The translations under genes and the position numbers were made by a program. Positions 39,615-52,559 of a DNA stretch of 64,000 bases are shown here, piece after piece. Within the stretch, counting starts at the first letter, position 1, and each line of letters begins with the position of its first letter. Where the stretch lies: the NCBI RefSeq assembly GCF_006345805.1, contig NC_043001.1:101308001-101372000 (forward strand), given 5' to 3'. The notes under the pieces are model-generated. The model was not told the origin of the DNA, searched no databases, and saw nothing but the letters and a program-made list of their open reading frames with translations. The stretch is from Octopus sinensis (taxonomy: Eukaryota).

Positions 39615-40085
39615 AAAGTGGCTGATGCCAGTACTGCCTGACTGGCACCTGTGCCAGTGACACATAAAAAGCATCATTTAACCATGGCCAATGCCAGTTC
39701 CACTAGACTGGCCCCCATGCCAGTGACATGTGGAATGCACAATATAAACGTTATCAATGCCAGTGCTGCCTGACTGGTCCCATGCTGGTAGCATATAAAA
39801 AGCACCATTTGAACATGGTTGTTGCCAATTCTACCTGACTGGCTCCCATGCTGGTGGCATGTAAAAAGCACCATTCACGTGTAGTCGATGCTAGTACTGC
39901 CTGGCTGGCCCTCGTGTCAGTGGCACATAAAAAGCACCCACTACACTCTCAGAGTGGCTGGAGTTAGGAAGGGAATCCAGCTGTAGGAACATTGCCAGAT
40001 CAGATTGGAGCCTGGTGCAGCCTTCAGGCTTGCCAGTCCTCAATCAAACCGTCCAACCCATGCCAGCATGGAAAGCGGATGTAAA

Positions 40086-40121
<36 letters not shown>

Positions 40122-40125
40122 GTGA
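39615..40125 (+). mobile_element. Family G retroposon with about 5 VNTR units
   Basis: Repeated GCCAGT.CTGCCTGACTGG..CC.TGC units, family G body and (GAT)n tail. Confidence 0.8.
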
Positions 40126-41384
40126 TGATTTACTTTTTAGCATAGATCAATATTCTTCAATCACATAAGTTAGCTATTACCTATAGTTTATCTTAATATT
40201 CTTATCTTAGCTTCTTCTACATAAACCCTTCTTTATCTGTTTTACTTATAACCTTGGCCTAATTAAAGTTATAGCATCCCTTTATCCTTGTAATATCTTA
40301 ATCTTTAAATAGATGAATTATATTTATGATCAGCCTTCAGGCTCGCCAGCCCTCAGTCAAACCATCCAACCCATGCCAGCATGGAAAGCGAATGTTAAAT
40401 GATGATGATGATGATGACCTAACTTCATAGTTTCCCTCCTCCCTCTACTTTCCCCGATCTTCTTTTTATTCTTTTTATATCCCTTCATTTTATTCTTCCT
40501 TTTCCATTACTTTTCATTCTTCCCTGTTTGACTTTTTTTTCTTTACACATTCACCCCACCTTCTGCCTTGTGTAACCTTCATGCTTGCATGATTATTCTG
40601 TATTTAGGCCACCAAAGAACCTTCTTCCATTCACTTAAAGACGAAGACTGAATTAGTTCTCTCTTTCATTCTTTTCCTTTTAATGAAATGAACTCTGTAA
40701 GATACTTTACATCTAATTCATCTTCCTCAATTTCTAATGTATGACCTTTCTCAACTAGTCTAATTCAATATGACAGTTTATAGCCCTTTCCGTTTCTTAC
40801 TGGCCTTCCCTACTCTCTTTTTTTATTTTTCTTTATGCTATCTTTCCTCTCTACTTTCCTTTCGTTTGCTCTCCTGCTGTCATTTTCTGCGGACCTTATT
40901 GTTCTTGATCACACAATATTTTTTAATCCTACTCTTTCTACTATTCCATCACTACCTTTCTTCCATTTTTTATTGAGGCTTCCATACCCTTAAATACTAG
41001 CCTGCAACAAGATGTGTCACATTCTGCTGCTCCGTTCTTTTGAAGGAAAAAATTCTGCACTTCAAAGCCTATGGCTTTAGATTTATAAAATTTTCAAGTT
41101 CTTTCTTCATAATTGTTTCATGTGTTTGATATGTGTTACTACTTCAGTAGACCCATTTGTAGCAGCCGGATGCTGATTCTTTGAAACAGTTGTAAAGATC
41201 TACCTAGGTGTAGTTTTGCTTCATTTGTTATGGTTATGCTTATATCTGATATATTTTGTAAACAACAATAATCATATAAAAACATTAATGAGGGCGGGTT
41301 GTCTCCCCTGAGCCAGAAGATTAAAAAAACCCTTATAGATCCAAAAAAGCCTAACCAAAAAAATGGGGAGATCCAATTTTCCAG

Positions 41385-41760
41385 TAGGTAGCACTTGAAG
41401 TAGATATATTTAAAGAAAACTTCTTCATAACTACTTAACGCGCCAAGTTTAGTATGTTCCTTAAGAATTTTGTCTCTCTCTGCAATGCAGATTTTGCAAC
41501 CAGCTACTCCCATTAATATGTGGGCCTGGATGATCTATTATTTTCCACCTGATATCACATGGGGTCCCTAGATCTTTGAGGTGCCACACATGGCTGGCTT
41601 TGAATGTGACAAACCATCTTTCTGAGACTCTGAAGGCTGACTGGTGGTTGCAGAAGTGACGTTTGAAATATGAACTGGCCAACCCAATATATTTACAAAC
41701 TTGGGATATCGTTATATTCGCATTCCTGATATATCTCTGATAGGCTCTGGGCCTGGGGAT
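41385..41760 (-). mobile_element. Penelope-like GIY-YIG endonuclease remnant
   Basis: KYIGLASSYFKRHFCNHQSAFR...HVWHLKDLGTPCDIRWKIID..P.INGS, then after a frameshift CKICIAERDKIL...KCYLLEN. Confidence 0.8.
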
Positions 41761-42117
41761 TCAGTTGGTAACATCGTTGCTGATGCAGTCGATATGGCAC
41801 AATGATCTGGCAATGTTATCACCATGGTTACCCCTACAGGTCATATGGCTGGCGATGTTACTGCTAGTGTAGGTGTGGCTGGTGATAACATATAGTGCAG
41901 GGCCAGTCACCCATTGGTGTCAATGATAATTGTTTGGTCATCATTATCTGTGGTGGTGTTACTGAGAACAGTGGATACCTCCTCTTTATTACTGGACTTG
42001 GATTGGTCATCATCTCTAGGTGTAGCCATTGAACTGGTGGTAACATATGGTGGAGGGTTGATCATTTTCTCTGTATCTACTGGCACCTCTTGATGCAACT
42101 GTCCTCATTCATACACA

Positions 42118-42400
42118 TTACATGGCCATACCAGCACAGTCTTCTCTCTTACACACTACACCTGATGCCACGTATACCCTGTTTTCCCCTCAAATCACTT
42201 ACAATCTGTCGTATATGCACACTGACATTACCCACCCAGTGAAGCACACTGGCTTCATTTCTTTCAAGCGTTTGCATATCCTCAGTATTCACAGCCCATG
42301 TCTCACTGCCATGCAGCATAGCTGTCCATACACAGGCATCATACAATCTGCCTTTCACTCTGAGAGAGAACTCCTTCATTACTAACAGACATACAAGCTC
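42118..42400 (-). mobile_element. RTE-clade LINE fragment (same family as 953-1795)
   Basis: FSLRVKGRLYDACVWTAMLHGSETWAV...ERRLCWYGH. Confidence 0.8.
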
Positions 42401-42419
42401 TCTGAAATTCGCCCAACCT

Positions 42420-42660
42420 GTTCTTATTCTATTTCTTTATTACCCACAAGGGGCTAAACACAGAGTGGACAAACAAGGACAGACATAGGTATTAAGTCGA
42501 TTACATCGACCCCAGTGTGTAACTGGTACTTAATTTATCGACCCTGAAAGGATGAAAGGCAAAGTCGACCTCGGTGGAATTTGAACTCACAACGTAACGC
42601 AGATGAAATACTGCTAAGCATTTCGCCCGGCGTGCTAACGTTTCTGCCAGCTCGCCGCCT
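42420..42660 (-). mobile_element. SINE family B, low divergence
   Basis: Minus-strand head GGCGAGCTGGCAGAAACGTTAGCACGCCGGGCGAAATGC and the full body. Confidence 0.9.
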
Positions 42661-42938
42661 TATTCTAGCAGCTATGCTTTCATCACAACCACCCTCACTT
42701 GGTCACCTAAGTATCAGAAACTGTCTGCTACTTCTAGTGATTTCCTACTTATCAATACATTGGTCTTTGCTAAATTAATTCTAAGGCCCTTTGATTCCAG
42801 AATTTGCTTCCTTACCTAAAATTTCTTCTTCAATTCTGGTAGTGATTCAGCAATAAGAACAAGGTCATCAACATAGAGGAGCTCCCAGGGGCAGCCAGTC
42901 TTAGATTCCTCGGTTATAGCCTATATATAATTGTACAA

Positions 42939-42985
<47 letters not shown>

Positions 42986-43007
42986 ATGAGAGGTAGGTAG
43001 GTAGGTG

Positions 43008-43076
<69 letters not shown>

Positions 43077-43084
43077 ATATATAT

Positions 43085-43167
<83 letters not shown>

Positions 43168-43558
43168 GATAGATAGATAAATAGATAGATCATTAACTGG
43201 AAACTATTACCAACTTTAGACATTCATATATTGTGTTAGTTTAAATGTTTAAAATCTTAAACATGATTTATGTCTTGTACATGGTACGATTTTGGTGCAG
43301 ATGTTTACGTAGCTTCTGTAATGGAGAATCTTATTAACTTTCAAATTAATACATAGCTTGGGTATGTGGTAGATGGCTGCGAGCTTAGATCATATGATAA
43401 CATTCAGCTAATAACACTGAATATATTACTCATGTGTACATTTATTCCTCCATTTGCTGTGATGGCTCCTGTGAGTATATATATATATATATATATATAT
43501 ACGCATGGAAAGCGGACATTAAACTATGATGATGATTATAATACATATATACACACAA

Positions 43559-43591
<33 letters not shown>

Positions 43592-43624
43592 CATATATAT
43601 ATATATGTATATATATATGTATAT

Positions 43625-43684
<60 letters not shown>

Positions 43685-44359
43685 CACATATATATATGCA
43701 TATAGTATATAATATATATATATATGTGTGTGTTTACATACACACACACATATCCATATATATATATATTATGTATTATATATTATATATATATATAATA
43801 TATACATATCATATATATATATATATATATGTATACACACACACACATAAATATACATATATATATATATATATATTATAATATATATATATATATTATA
43901 TATATATATACACACACATACATACATACATACATATATATATATAGATACATACACACATGTAGAAGGTGCATCAGGAAACCCAGGAACAAAACAGATG
44001 CAAGATTAATCTGAGTCACCAAAGCAGCGAAACAACATACTCCCAAAAAGTGGCAGGTACCTTCGGCACATGAGAAGGAACATGGCTATTCCAAAACTCC
44101 TTCAGCCTCATTAGCTTCCCTAATGCAACAATGGAAGGGAGTTGCTGAATCAGGTAACCCCGGTGCATGTCTAACAAATCCTTGACTCCATAAACATCTG
44201 ACCAATTCCCACTTTAGAAGCAGCAGTCCAGGTTATTTGAACAAAGACAGTTAATAGGCCAAATGTTGCAGTCACATGAGCATAAAAATTCTTAACCAGA
44301 TACTTTTGTGATACAAGAGTCATGTGAGAGAAAGAGAGAGAGAGGGAGAGGAGGGGAGA

Positions 44360-45590
44360 GAGCAGAGTGTTGGAAGATGCAGGGTCCTCTTGCCTCAAAC
44401 ACTTGAACAAAGATTTGACAATGACCATCACCTCTGTGCAAGCATTGGCATTGACCAAGGAACCCTGTTAGAAGTAAGGTGGCATGATATAGTCTGTATT
44501 ATTGAGGACTAAGAGATGATAGAAACTTCATTTACATATTGTCAGCATTTCTGTGGGGTTCCATGCCAAGTCACATGTTGCACCTCCCTTTGACCTCCTG
44601 GTTGAAATCCTTATCATTAGAAAAGCACCAAACCCTTTGACCAGACCATATGGTTTTCTTAGATCTTGTGAGAGTTGAACAATCCTTTCTTCCCATATTC
44701 ATGATGACCTCATACTCCACACATATAATAGGGAACACCAGCCCCTCGAGCTATTTGGTAACAGCTCTTCTCAATCCACTACTATTGTCATTTATGATGT
44801 CCTAAATTTGTAACAAATGGCAGGGTAGATATCATTACCAAATAATTTTTTCATATTGAAGACAAAGGTCGAGGGGTGAAGGCTGAGGAACGAAGCTCAA
44901 ATCTATGGGGAGTGGGAGAAACAGCAGAGTAAAGAAAGCTATCAAGGAATATGTTGTGAAAAATGGTATCAACCAGGTTATGATTCCTTCTGAAGATGGT
45001 GTATTATGTGTCTCCATCTCTTACCAATATCAAATGGTAGGGTTGAAGTAACTCTGCTCATTGTTAATGGTGTGGTACATGTTCTAGTAACAGACAAATC
45101 ATCCTTTGTAAAGTATGTCTGCAGCACAACGAAATCTTTGGAACCCTTGCTGCTACACAAAAGCAACAATGAAGCAGAAACAAGACAAGGAGATTCAACA
45201 GCAAGTTGCATCCTCTGGTTTCCCATAAGGACGATTAGAAAGGACAATGGATGAGCAGAAACAGAAGAAATCACAGCCAGACTTCTGTATTGGAGAGTTT
45301 TGTTGAATTTAAAGAAAGTACTCGTGTTTGCAAGCCATATTGCAATAAGAAAAGAAGACAATGTGAGCTTACAGCAAAGTCTGACTTGTAAGAAAGACCT
45401 GACGACTGAGTTGATGGTACCTTAAGGGAGTAATATGAAGTGGGTGCATAAGAGAGCCTAAAAAATATGAAGGACTTAGGGTGGTAATGAGAAAATGCCA
45501 CGAAGCACCGGCACAGGGATCAATACTATCAAAGGATGGCAAGTTCAACATAAGTGCGAATCAACAGCAAGTGGAAGGGTGTAGTGCAAG
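44360..45590 (+). mobile_element. Very decayed LINE (probably RTE-like)
   Basis: Scattered motif-like pieces in plausible order (CRVL..DNDHHL, VFLDL, MKDLGV..AQ) ending at a (CAT)n run. The run may belong to the adjacent family G copy. Confidence 0.3.
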
Positions 45591-45622
<32 letters not shown>

Positions 45623-45838
45623 TGTTTAATGTCTGCTTTCCATGCTAGCATGGGTTGGACAGTTTGAATTAGGACTAGCAAGCCAGGAGGCTACACCAGA
45701 CTCCAATCTGATCTGGCAAGGTTTCTAACACCAACCACACCGAGAGTGTAGTGGGTTCTTTTTACATGCCATCAGCACAGGAACCTGTCAAGCAACACTG
45801 GCATGTACAACATATATATATATATTATATATTATATA

Positions 45839-45889
<51 letters not shown>

Positions 45890-46269
45890 TATATTATATT
45901 ATTATATTATATTATTATATATTATATTATATTATATATATTATATATATTATATATAATTATATATATATTATATTATATATTATATATATATATTATT
46001 ATATTATATATATATATATTATTATATATATATTATATTATATATATATATTATTATATATATTATATATATTATATTATTATATATATATTATATTATA
46101 TTATATATTATATTATATTATATTATATTATATATTTCTTATTCTTATATACTATCTGTTTGTTATTCTGAGTTGTTATGAAAAGGTGTTTTGGAGAAAT
46201 TTTTATAGCTTAAATATATTTACATACATATGTGTGTGTGTAAATATATATATATATATATATACATAC

Positions 46270-46303
<34 letters not shown>

Positions 46304-46329
46304 AAATATATATATATATATATATGTTA

Positions 46330-46985
46330 ATAAAATAGAACATATGCATATATATAAACATATATGTACGTACCTACCTCTACATGTACATATACACGCA
46401 TATATGTGTACAGGACACCAAAAGGACGTCGAACACATAGAGAGACGAAAAACATAGACACAAACCAAGGAACAAGACAAGCAAAAAAAGAGAGATACAG
46501 GACAATAAGCACAACGAAAAATCCCCTTCTTCAGTCGCTAAGGTTTCATCTACAAAACGTTTCGAAGGATAAAAGCGAGACGTATACTTCGAAGAAAACT
46601 TCCTTCCTGCGAAAAGCAAATCAATTAAAATTCTGAGATCTTTTCGCAGAGGGGTAAAAAAAGCAAGACAGTAACGACAGTACAAACATATAAACAGTAA
46701 AAAATATATATATAAACAGTGGAAAAATAAATATATAACAGTGAGAGACAGGACAAGGAGAACAAGATAAGAAGGGCTGTTAACGCCAGACGAAAAAAGT
46801 ATTGCAAACGCTGGATTATAGTGGACGACGAGAGAGAAAAAATGTCGACCAGTAGCCTTAGAAGGCGGGCGAGAAAAGACAGGATAGCAGTTACGACGGA
46901 AGTATCGTCGCAGATGGACGACGGGAATGGGGGAGGAGGAGCAAGAGGAAGAGAGAGAAGAAGGGGAATGGTGCGAGGAGACCAT
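46330..46985 (-). mobile_element. PLE-derived non-autonomous element, family E, copy 2
   Basis: Colinear with 5965-6420. Minus-strand translation SLVVHYNPAFAIL resembles the PLE post-RT motif PLVxTYxP. CTGAAGA, GAAACGTT and TACGTC motifs are present. Confidence 0.6.
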
Positions 46986-48477
46986 GAAGAATGGTGAAAG
47001 GGAGAGAGAGAATGAAGAATAAGAGAGAGAGGAAGAGACAAGTTAAGTGAGGGAAAAAAGACGAAAAAGGGAATGGGAGAGAAAGAAAGAAAGATGCAGA
47101 TACATACCATCATCATCATCATCATCATCACATATATATATATTGTATGTGTAAATAAAAAGAAAAAGAAGGAAAACCATATTCCTCTGAATATAATATA
47201 TACTTCTGAACTACTGTAACGTGTATCTAAAGTTCATTTATTATAGCGAACAACGTTAAAGTTGTGTTAATGCCATTTAGCTGAAGTAGTAGAAATATGG
47301 AGACCATTTTAATTTAATGTATTACCACTGGTCTAGATGAAAAATGGCATAAGCAGGTGCAAGCAGAATGTAGAAATAAAGGTGAGTAGATAATATATTG
47401 CCATAGGAACTTTTGAATAATTAATAGATCTGAGTTATGATATTGCTAATATGATGTAGGTAGAATAAAAGACGAAAATAATAACTCTTAGTTGGCTTGA
47501 GTTGACTAAAGTTTACCAACATAAAGATATATGTGAGCGTGTGTGTATGTATATATACACATACACACACACATACGTGCACACACATATAAGTATAATT
47601 ATAAACATCACCGAATAAAGGATTCCTAAACAGAACTGTATTCTTATTTCTAAGAATTGATTGTAACTTCAGAGTTTCACTGAGACAGGTTTTCTGAGGA
47701 GTTTGAAATTTTGAAAGTCATTGGTATTCTATGTATGTATGTATGTGCAACCATAGATAGATAGATAAATAGATAGAGAGACACACAGACAGACAAATAG
47801 ATAGATAGATAGATATTTATACATACTTACATATATACATAGATACACACATATGTGAATGTATGTGTTATTCATTTTTAAATACGGACAACAATATGCA
47901 TACTCCTACACACAGTTAATTTTGCATCAGAAATCATAACCCCACCCACTAAATGTTTAATACCAATATTCTTGATAAACACCAACCAATCACATTCAAG
48001 TGTTCCTCCCTGGAACCAGCCTACTGCTTCTTACTCATCTTGGCTTCTTGAAATTCTCTAGCTCTATCTAAATAGACATTTAATGAGTGGTATTCTTCAT
48101 ATAGGTTCATCTAATCACAAACACATTAACTCTTTCTCTTAATAAAAACTGTGTGTGAAAGTTCAAACTTGCCTTTCTTCTCTGAACCTAAGAACTGTAA
48201 TATTCTAATTGCTTTCCTTTTCTAATTAGAAGATCTCAACAAATAAATTGGTCTACAGATTTTCCACTGATGAAATAGCTTACCTTAAATTATATACTTT
48301 TATGATATTAAGTGATCGGCTGATTTGATTTGATTCTTTTTAATAGAGGAAGATCTGGTCTCCAACGGAGACACAAAACTTCTTCATTAGAATTTAGACT
48401 GTCACCTATGGATGTATATACATAGTCATGTATGTATATTAGAGTATGTATGCATCTGTGCATACACACGTGCACAT

Positions 48478-48515
<38 letters not shown>

Positions 48516-49360
48516 CTGTAATCTTGGATTCCATTGCATGTGCAAAACTGTATGCTATGTCTTAGGGATGTTTATTCCTGTGTATCGTGCTCTTATAACT
48601 TGCTAAATGTCTGGAATGTTTTAAATATTTTCACAGTTCCATTAATGGTTTGTAATTATAGGTACCTAATTAGCCATGTCACTTTTGATTTTACGAAACC
48701 CAGCACCTCAAGGTTGGTATTGAAAGAGTTATATACTCGAATACCCCAATAGTTTCAGGTACAAATCTAAAGCTATCGTTCAGGTCTCGTTTGTACAAAT
48801 GTTTCATTAGTATAACACAAATGTTTTCTTTTTCATTTAACCTTAAAATGATGCTGGTAAGGGAAAGGGATTTCTCTTACCAGACCCTTTTTTTTTTCTG
48901 TGTTCCAGATCATTGTACCTGGTCTCTTACATTTACTGTGGTTTAAAAAGAAATATTTTCCTAATATTCTTTCATTTTAGGAATGACCCTCCACATTACT
49001 TTAACTTTTTATATTTTGATCTTCAGGACTCATTTCAACAGATTGCTTTTGCCATGACATCATACCTCATAAGTAATTGGTACCCTGATGGCATTTTCAG
49101 ATAGTTGTATAAGACATCAGTGACATCTTTGATTTTAGTTCAATAAGGTCTCCACCAGTGTCTTCACATCTAAATGTTTCTCCTACATTTTTATCCCTTT
49201 TGTGCATCAGTTACTTTGTTGTTGTTTCCTGTTCCTGGATTCCAAAAGCAAGCCCTTCAAAGTGAGAGTGAATATTCCAGTTGTTGGGCCAACATAGATA
49301 ATCTATATCATTATCCCTTTGAAGTGTCTGACATCATAGTTCTTTATAAACAGCTTCTGA

Positions 49361-49690
49361 TACATGAGGTCTGATCAAAAAATATTGGTGCCATGGTAAC
49401 GGAGCTAAACTATGCAGAATGAAGCTGTTTGGTACAGATTGACCTTCAACTCTGTCACACATGCCCACTATAATTATGATGTTCTTGCCATTTCTATCCC
49501 TGCTTGGAAGTCAAATATGTAGTGCATGGTCATTGCATGTGTCCAGTGAGTGGCAACTCCACCCTGAAAATGAACGTGTCCATTTAGTGCAGGTTTTGCC
49601 CAAGCACACCATTCCCCAGTTCTAACAATCACCATATTCCTCAGATTACACCCTTTGTGACTTGTTCCTTTTTCCAAAAATCAAACCCCA
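49361..49690 (+). mobile_element. mariner transposon remnant
   Basis: TACATGAGGTCTGATCAAAAAATAT end resembling a mariner TIR. SPYSSDYTLCDLFLFPKIK at 49629-49685 resembles YSPDLAPxDFxLFPKLK. Confidence 0.7.
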
Positions 49691-50821
49691 CAAATGCCAC
49701 TCACCAGATACACACTCAACACAGTTTACTCCCAAACACTGCTATAAACAATGGAAGAGAGCAAGAATGTTGTAACTTCGTGTCTATGGGCAACAGGGTT
49801 CAAAGTCAATCCGTGCTGAGTGGTTTTACTCTGCATATTTTAGATCCATTACCATAGCAACAGTCTCATTACGTTTTGACCAAAGCCTTGCATAGATACA
49901 TACATATCAAGGATATAATCCTTGATAGTGTAGTGGTCACGTGGGAGAGCAGGGTCTAATTCTCTGACAGGGAGGCTTTTCCTTTGTTATATTTTCTTTG
50001 TTACAACTTGCAATGACTGAACATATTTTCATCTATTCTTAAGTACTCATATCATTCCACACAATATATTAGAGAAATAGTCAAGACTTAGGTAGGGATA
50101 TTAAATTATTGACTAGTAGTGTTCCCTCATTATTTCATACTCGTGTAGGAACATTTATGCTGAACAAACTCATTCCTGTATTATTTAAAAATAATAACTG
50201 GCTCAAGACTTTTCTTCATGCTTTCCATTTTTTTAGCAGAAAGTTTTGCATTGTTTATAAAGAAGTTATGATATGTCTGACTTGCATGTCTGTCTTCTTG
50301 TCATTTAGGTATCCTTTGGGTTTCTTTTGAAAAGAAAAAGATAAGGAGTTTCCTGAGAGTACAAACAGCATGAGAGAGATATAACTTATTTGAAATATAC
50401 TTGTGCCATACTATGTCCCCTGTCAGTAACCCTACAATCGCTTCCCAGTGAAGATCTTATAAATCTTTGTGAAGTGTGGTTGGAAAAAGAATCTTTCCTT
50501 GAAGCGTTTCACTAAAAATACATTTTGCTTCTTTATAATCTTTGCTTTTCCTCTTTGTAGTACACTTGATAGCTTTACTGCTGCTACAATCACCGATATG
50601 TTATTGTAGGTGGTCACCCTGACCATAAGATCACATGTTAGAAGTAAGAAACTGGTTTGTTCTGAAACATGGTATCATCATTATCATCATCATCATTTTA
50701 ATGTCCACTTTTCCATGTTTGCATGGATCAGACAGAGTTTATTGAGATGGATTTTCTACAGTTAGGTCTGTTTCCTGTTGTTAATCCTCCTCTGTTTCCA
50801 ATCAAGGGTAATACTTTCCCA

Positions 50822-51123
50822 TTTTTGTTGTTTGTTCCTTCTTGAGCCATGCCTGGCTCATAAGGGCCGGTTTCCCGGTTCCATTGGCATATAGGTTCCT
50901 CACCTGGACACTGGTCTGTTGCAATAAGCTGCAAGATGCAGGAGGAAAGAGTGAAAGAAAGTTGTGGTGAAAGAGTCAGCAGAAGTTCACCATTACCTTC
51001 TGCTGGAGCCGTGTGGAGCTTAGGTGTTTCGCTCATAAACACACACATTGCCCAGTCTGAGATTCGAACCCGCAATCCCTTGACAGCCAGTCCACTGCTC
51101 TAACCACTAGGCCATGTGCCTCC
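50822..51123 (-). mobile_element. tRNA-derived SINE, family C relative
   Basis: Minus-strand head GGAGGCACATGGCCTAGTGGTTAGAGC...GGGTTCGAATCTC. The body shares CACCTAAGCTCCAC..GGCTCC and CACAACTTTCT with 17072-17394. Confidence 0.75.
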
Positions 51124-52129
51124 ACAATATTTTCTCATTGCCAGATGTGTTCTTGCAGAATATTGGAAATATACAACACTGGGTGTGACAGTGGCACTCA
51201 TTTATAATTGTCATGCAATGGCAAGAAAAGGAGGCACACACACAGAATGGGCTTCTTTCACTTTCTGTCTCAAATCACAAAAGTTTGGTTGGTCTGGGTT
51301 TATAGAAGGTACTTGCCCAAGGAGCCATGCAGTGGGATCGAACCTGAAACCATGTGCACTGGAAGCAAACTTCCTACCACTCTGCCACGCCTGCTTTGTT
51401 ATAAGCAAATTTAATTTAAAAGAATGTTTGTGTCGTGTTATTTGTGCAACCTTCACTCTTTTGAGAATAAAATTACCTTAGGCACCTTCCAGAGCAAAAT
51501 TACCATCATCAACCACCTCTTGTGTTCTACAAAAGTAGTTTGTTGGTATAGTTTCTAGAATATGGTTATTTCGTCATGAAAGGATTTAGTTCTGAGTTCA
51601 TTCCAGGATAGGTTTATTCTATTTATAAAGCCAACAGGAATTTTTTTGCCATTTATAATGATTAAGATATCCAAAACTCCAAGAAAAATGCACTTTATAG
51701 TTTTGGTTTCTTGAATAATTGCAACCAAAGAGATTCTGGTTTCCTTGCTTCATGTTGCGTTCCTTCAATTCTTCTTTTGTGTTGTTGAATTTGTTGTATC
51801 AAACCGTGTTGCTTGTAGCAACTCTCAGCATGTCGATGCCAAGTTTGAGATACCATTATCATCTTGAATAAAAGGTTTCTTCATTAAATGCAATCAGAAC
51901 ATTAACCAGTCGTTTAACGAGGCTGAGAATTGTGGGTGGAGGGGAGTTGCTGGGTCAATTTCTGAAAAAACAGTACCAAAACAATTTTCCAAAAGTAGGG
52001 GATTGTTTTCAAAAGGAACCAAAATTGGAACATTTTGGAAGTACATTAAACGACTATAAAGATGGTCTGTTCTTTTCTATTATCGTTTATCTTTTGTCTT
52101 TTGTTTCCACCTTTAGATTGTGGCCATGC

Positions 52130-52460
52130 TAGGGCCTCACCTGCAAGAGGTTTAGTCGAATGAATTGATCCCAGCACTTATTTTTTTTTAAACCTGGTAC
52201 TTATTCTATCAGTCTCCTTTGCAGAACCAGAAAGCTATGGGGACATAAATACACCAACACTGGTTCCTAAGTGGTGGTAGGGGACAAATACATACAACAC
52301 ATATACGACAGGCTTCTTTCAGTTTCCTTTTATTAAATCCACTCACAAGTCTTTGGTCAGCTGAGGCTATAAGTAAAAGATATTTTCCAAAGGTGTCATG
52401 CAGTAGGACTGAACCCAGAACCATGTTGTTGGGAAGTAAGCTTCTTATCATACAGTCATG
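52130..52460 (-). mobile_element. SINE family A
   Basis: Reverse complement of the family A body. Confidence 0.7.
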
Positions 52461-52559
52461 TCAAATTTATTTCATAATTGTAAATGATGTTCAATAGAAT
52501 TCTTGTCTTTCAAAATTAAAATTTTAATTTTTTAAGAATTTTAATTCCTTCTTCACTTC

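Noticed and set aside
47281-47386. Plus-strand exon ending in AAG|GTGAGT
   Set aside because: The donor is good, but the 100-nt exon has stops in all frames and the shorter alternative lacks a polypyrimidine tract.
48308-48410. Minus-strand terminal exon GDSLNSNEEVLCLRWRPDLPLLKRIKSNQPIT
   Set aside because: Short, no recognisable homology and no linked upstream exon.
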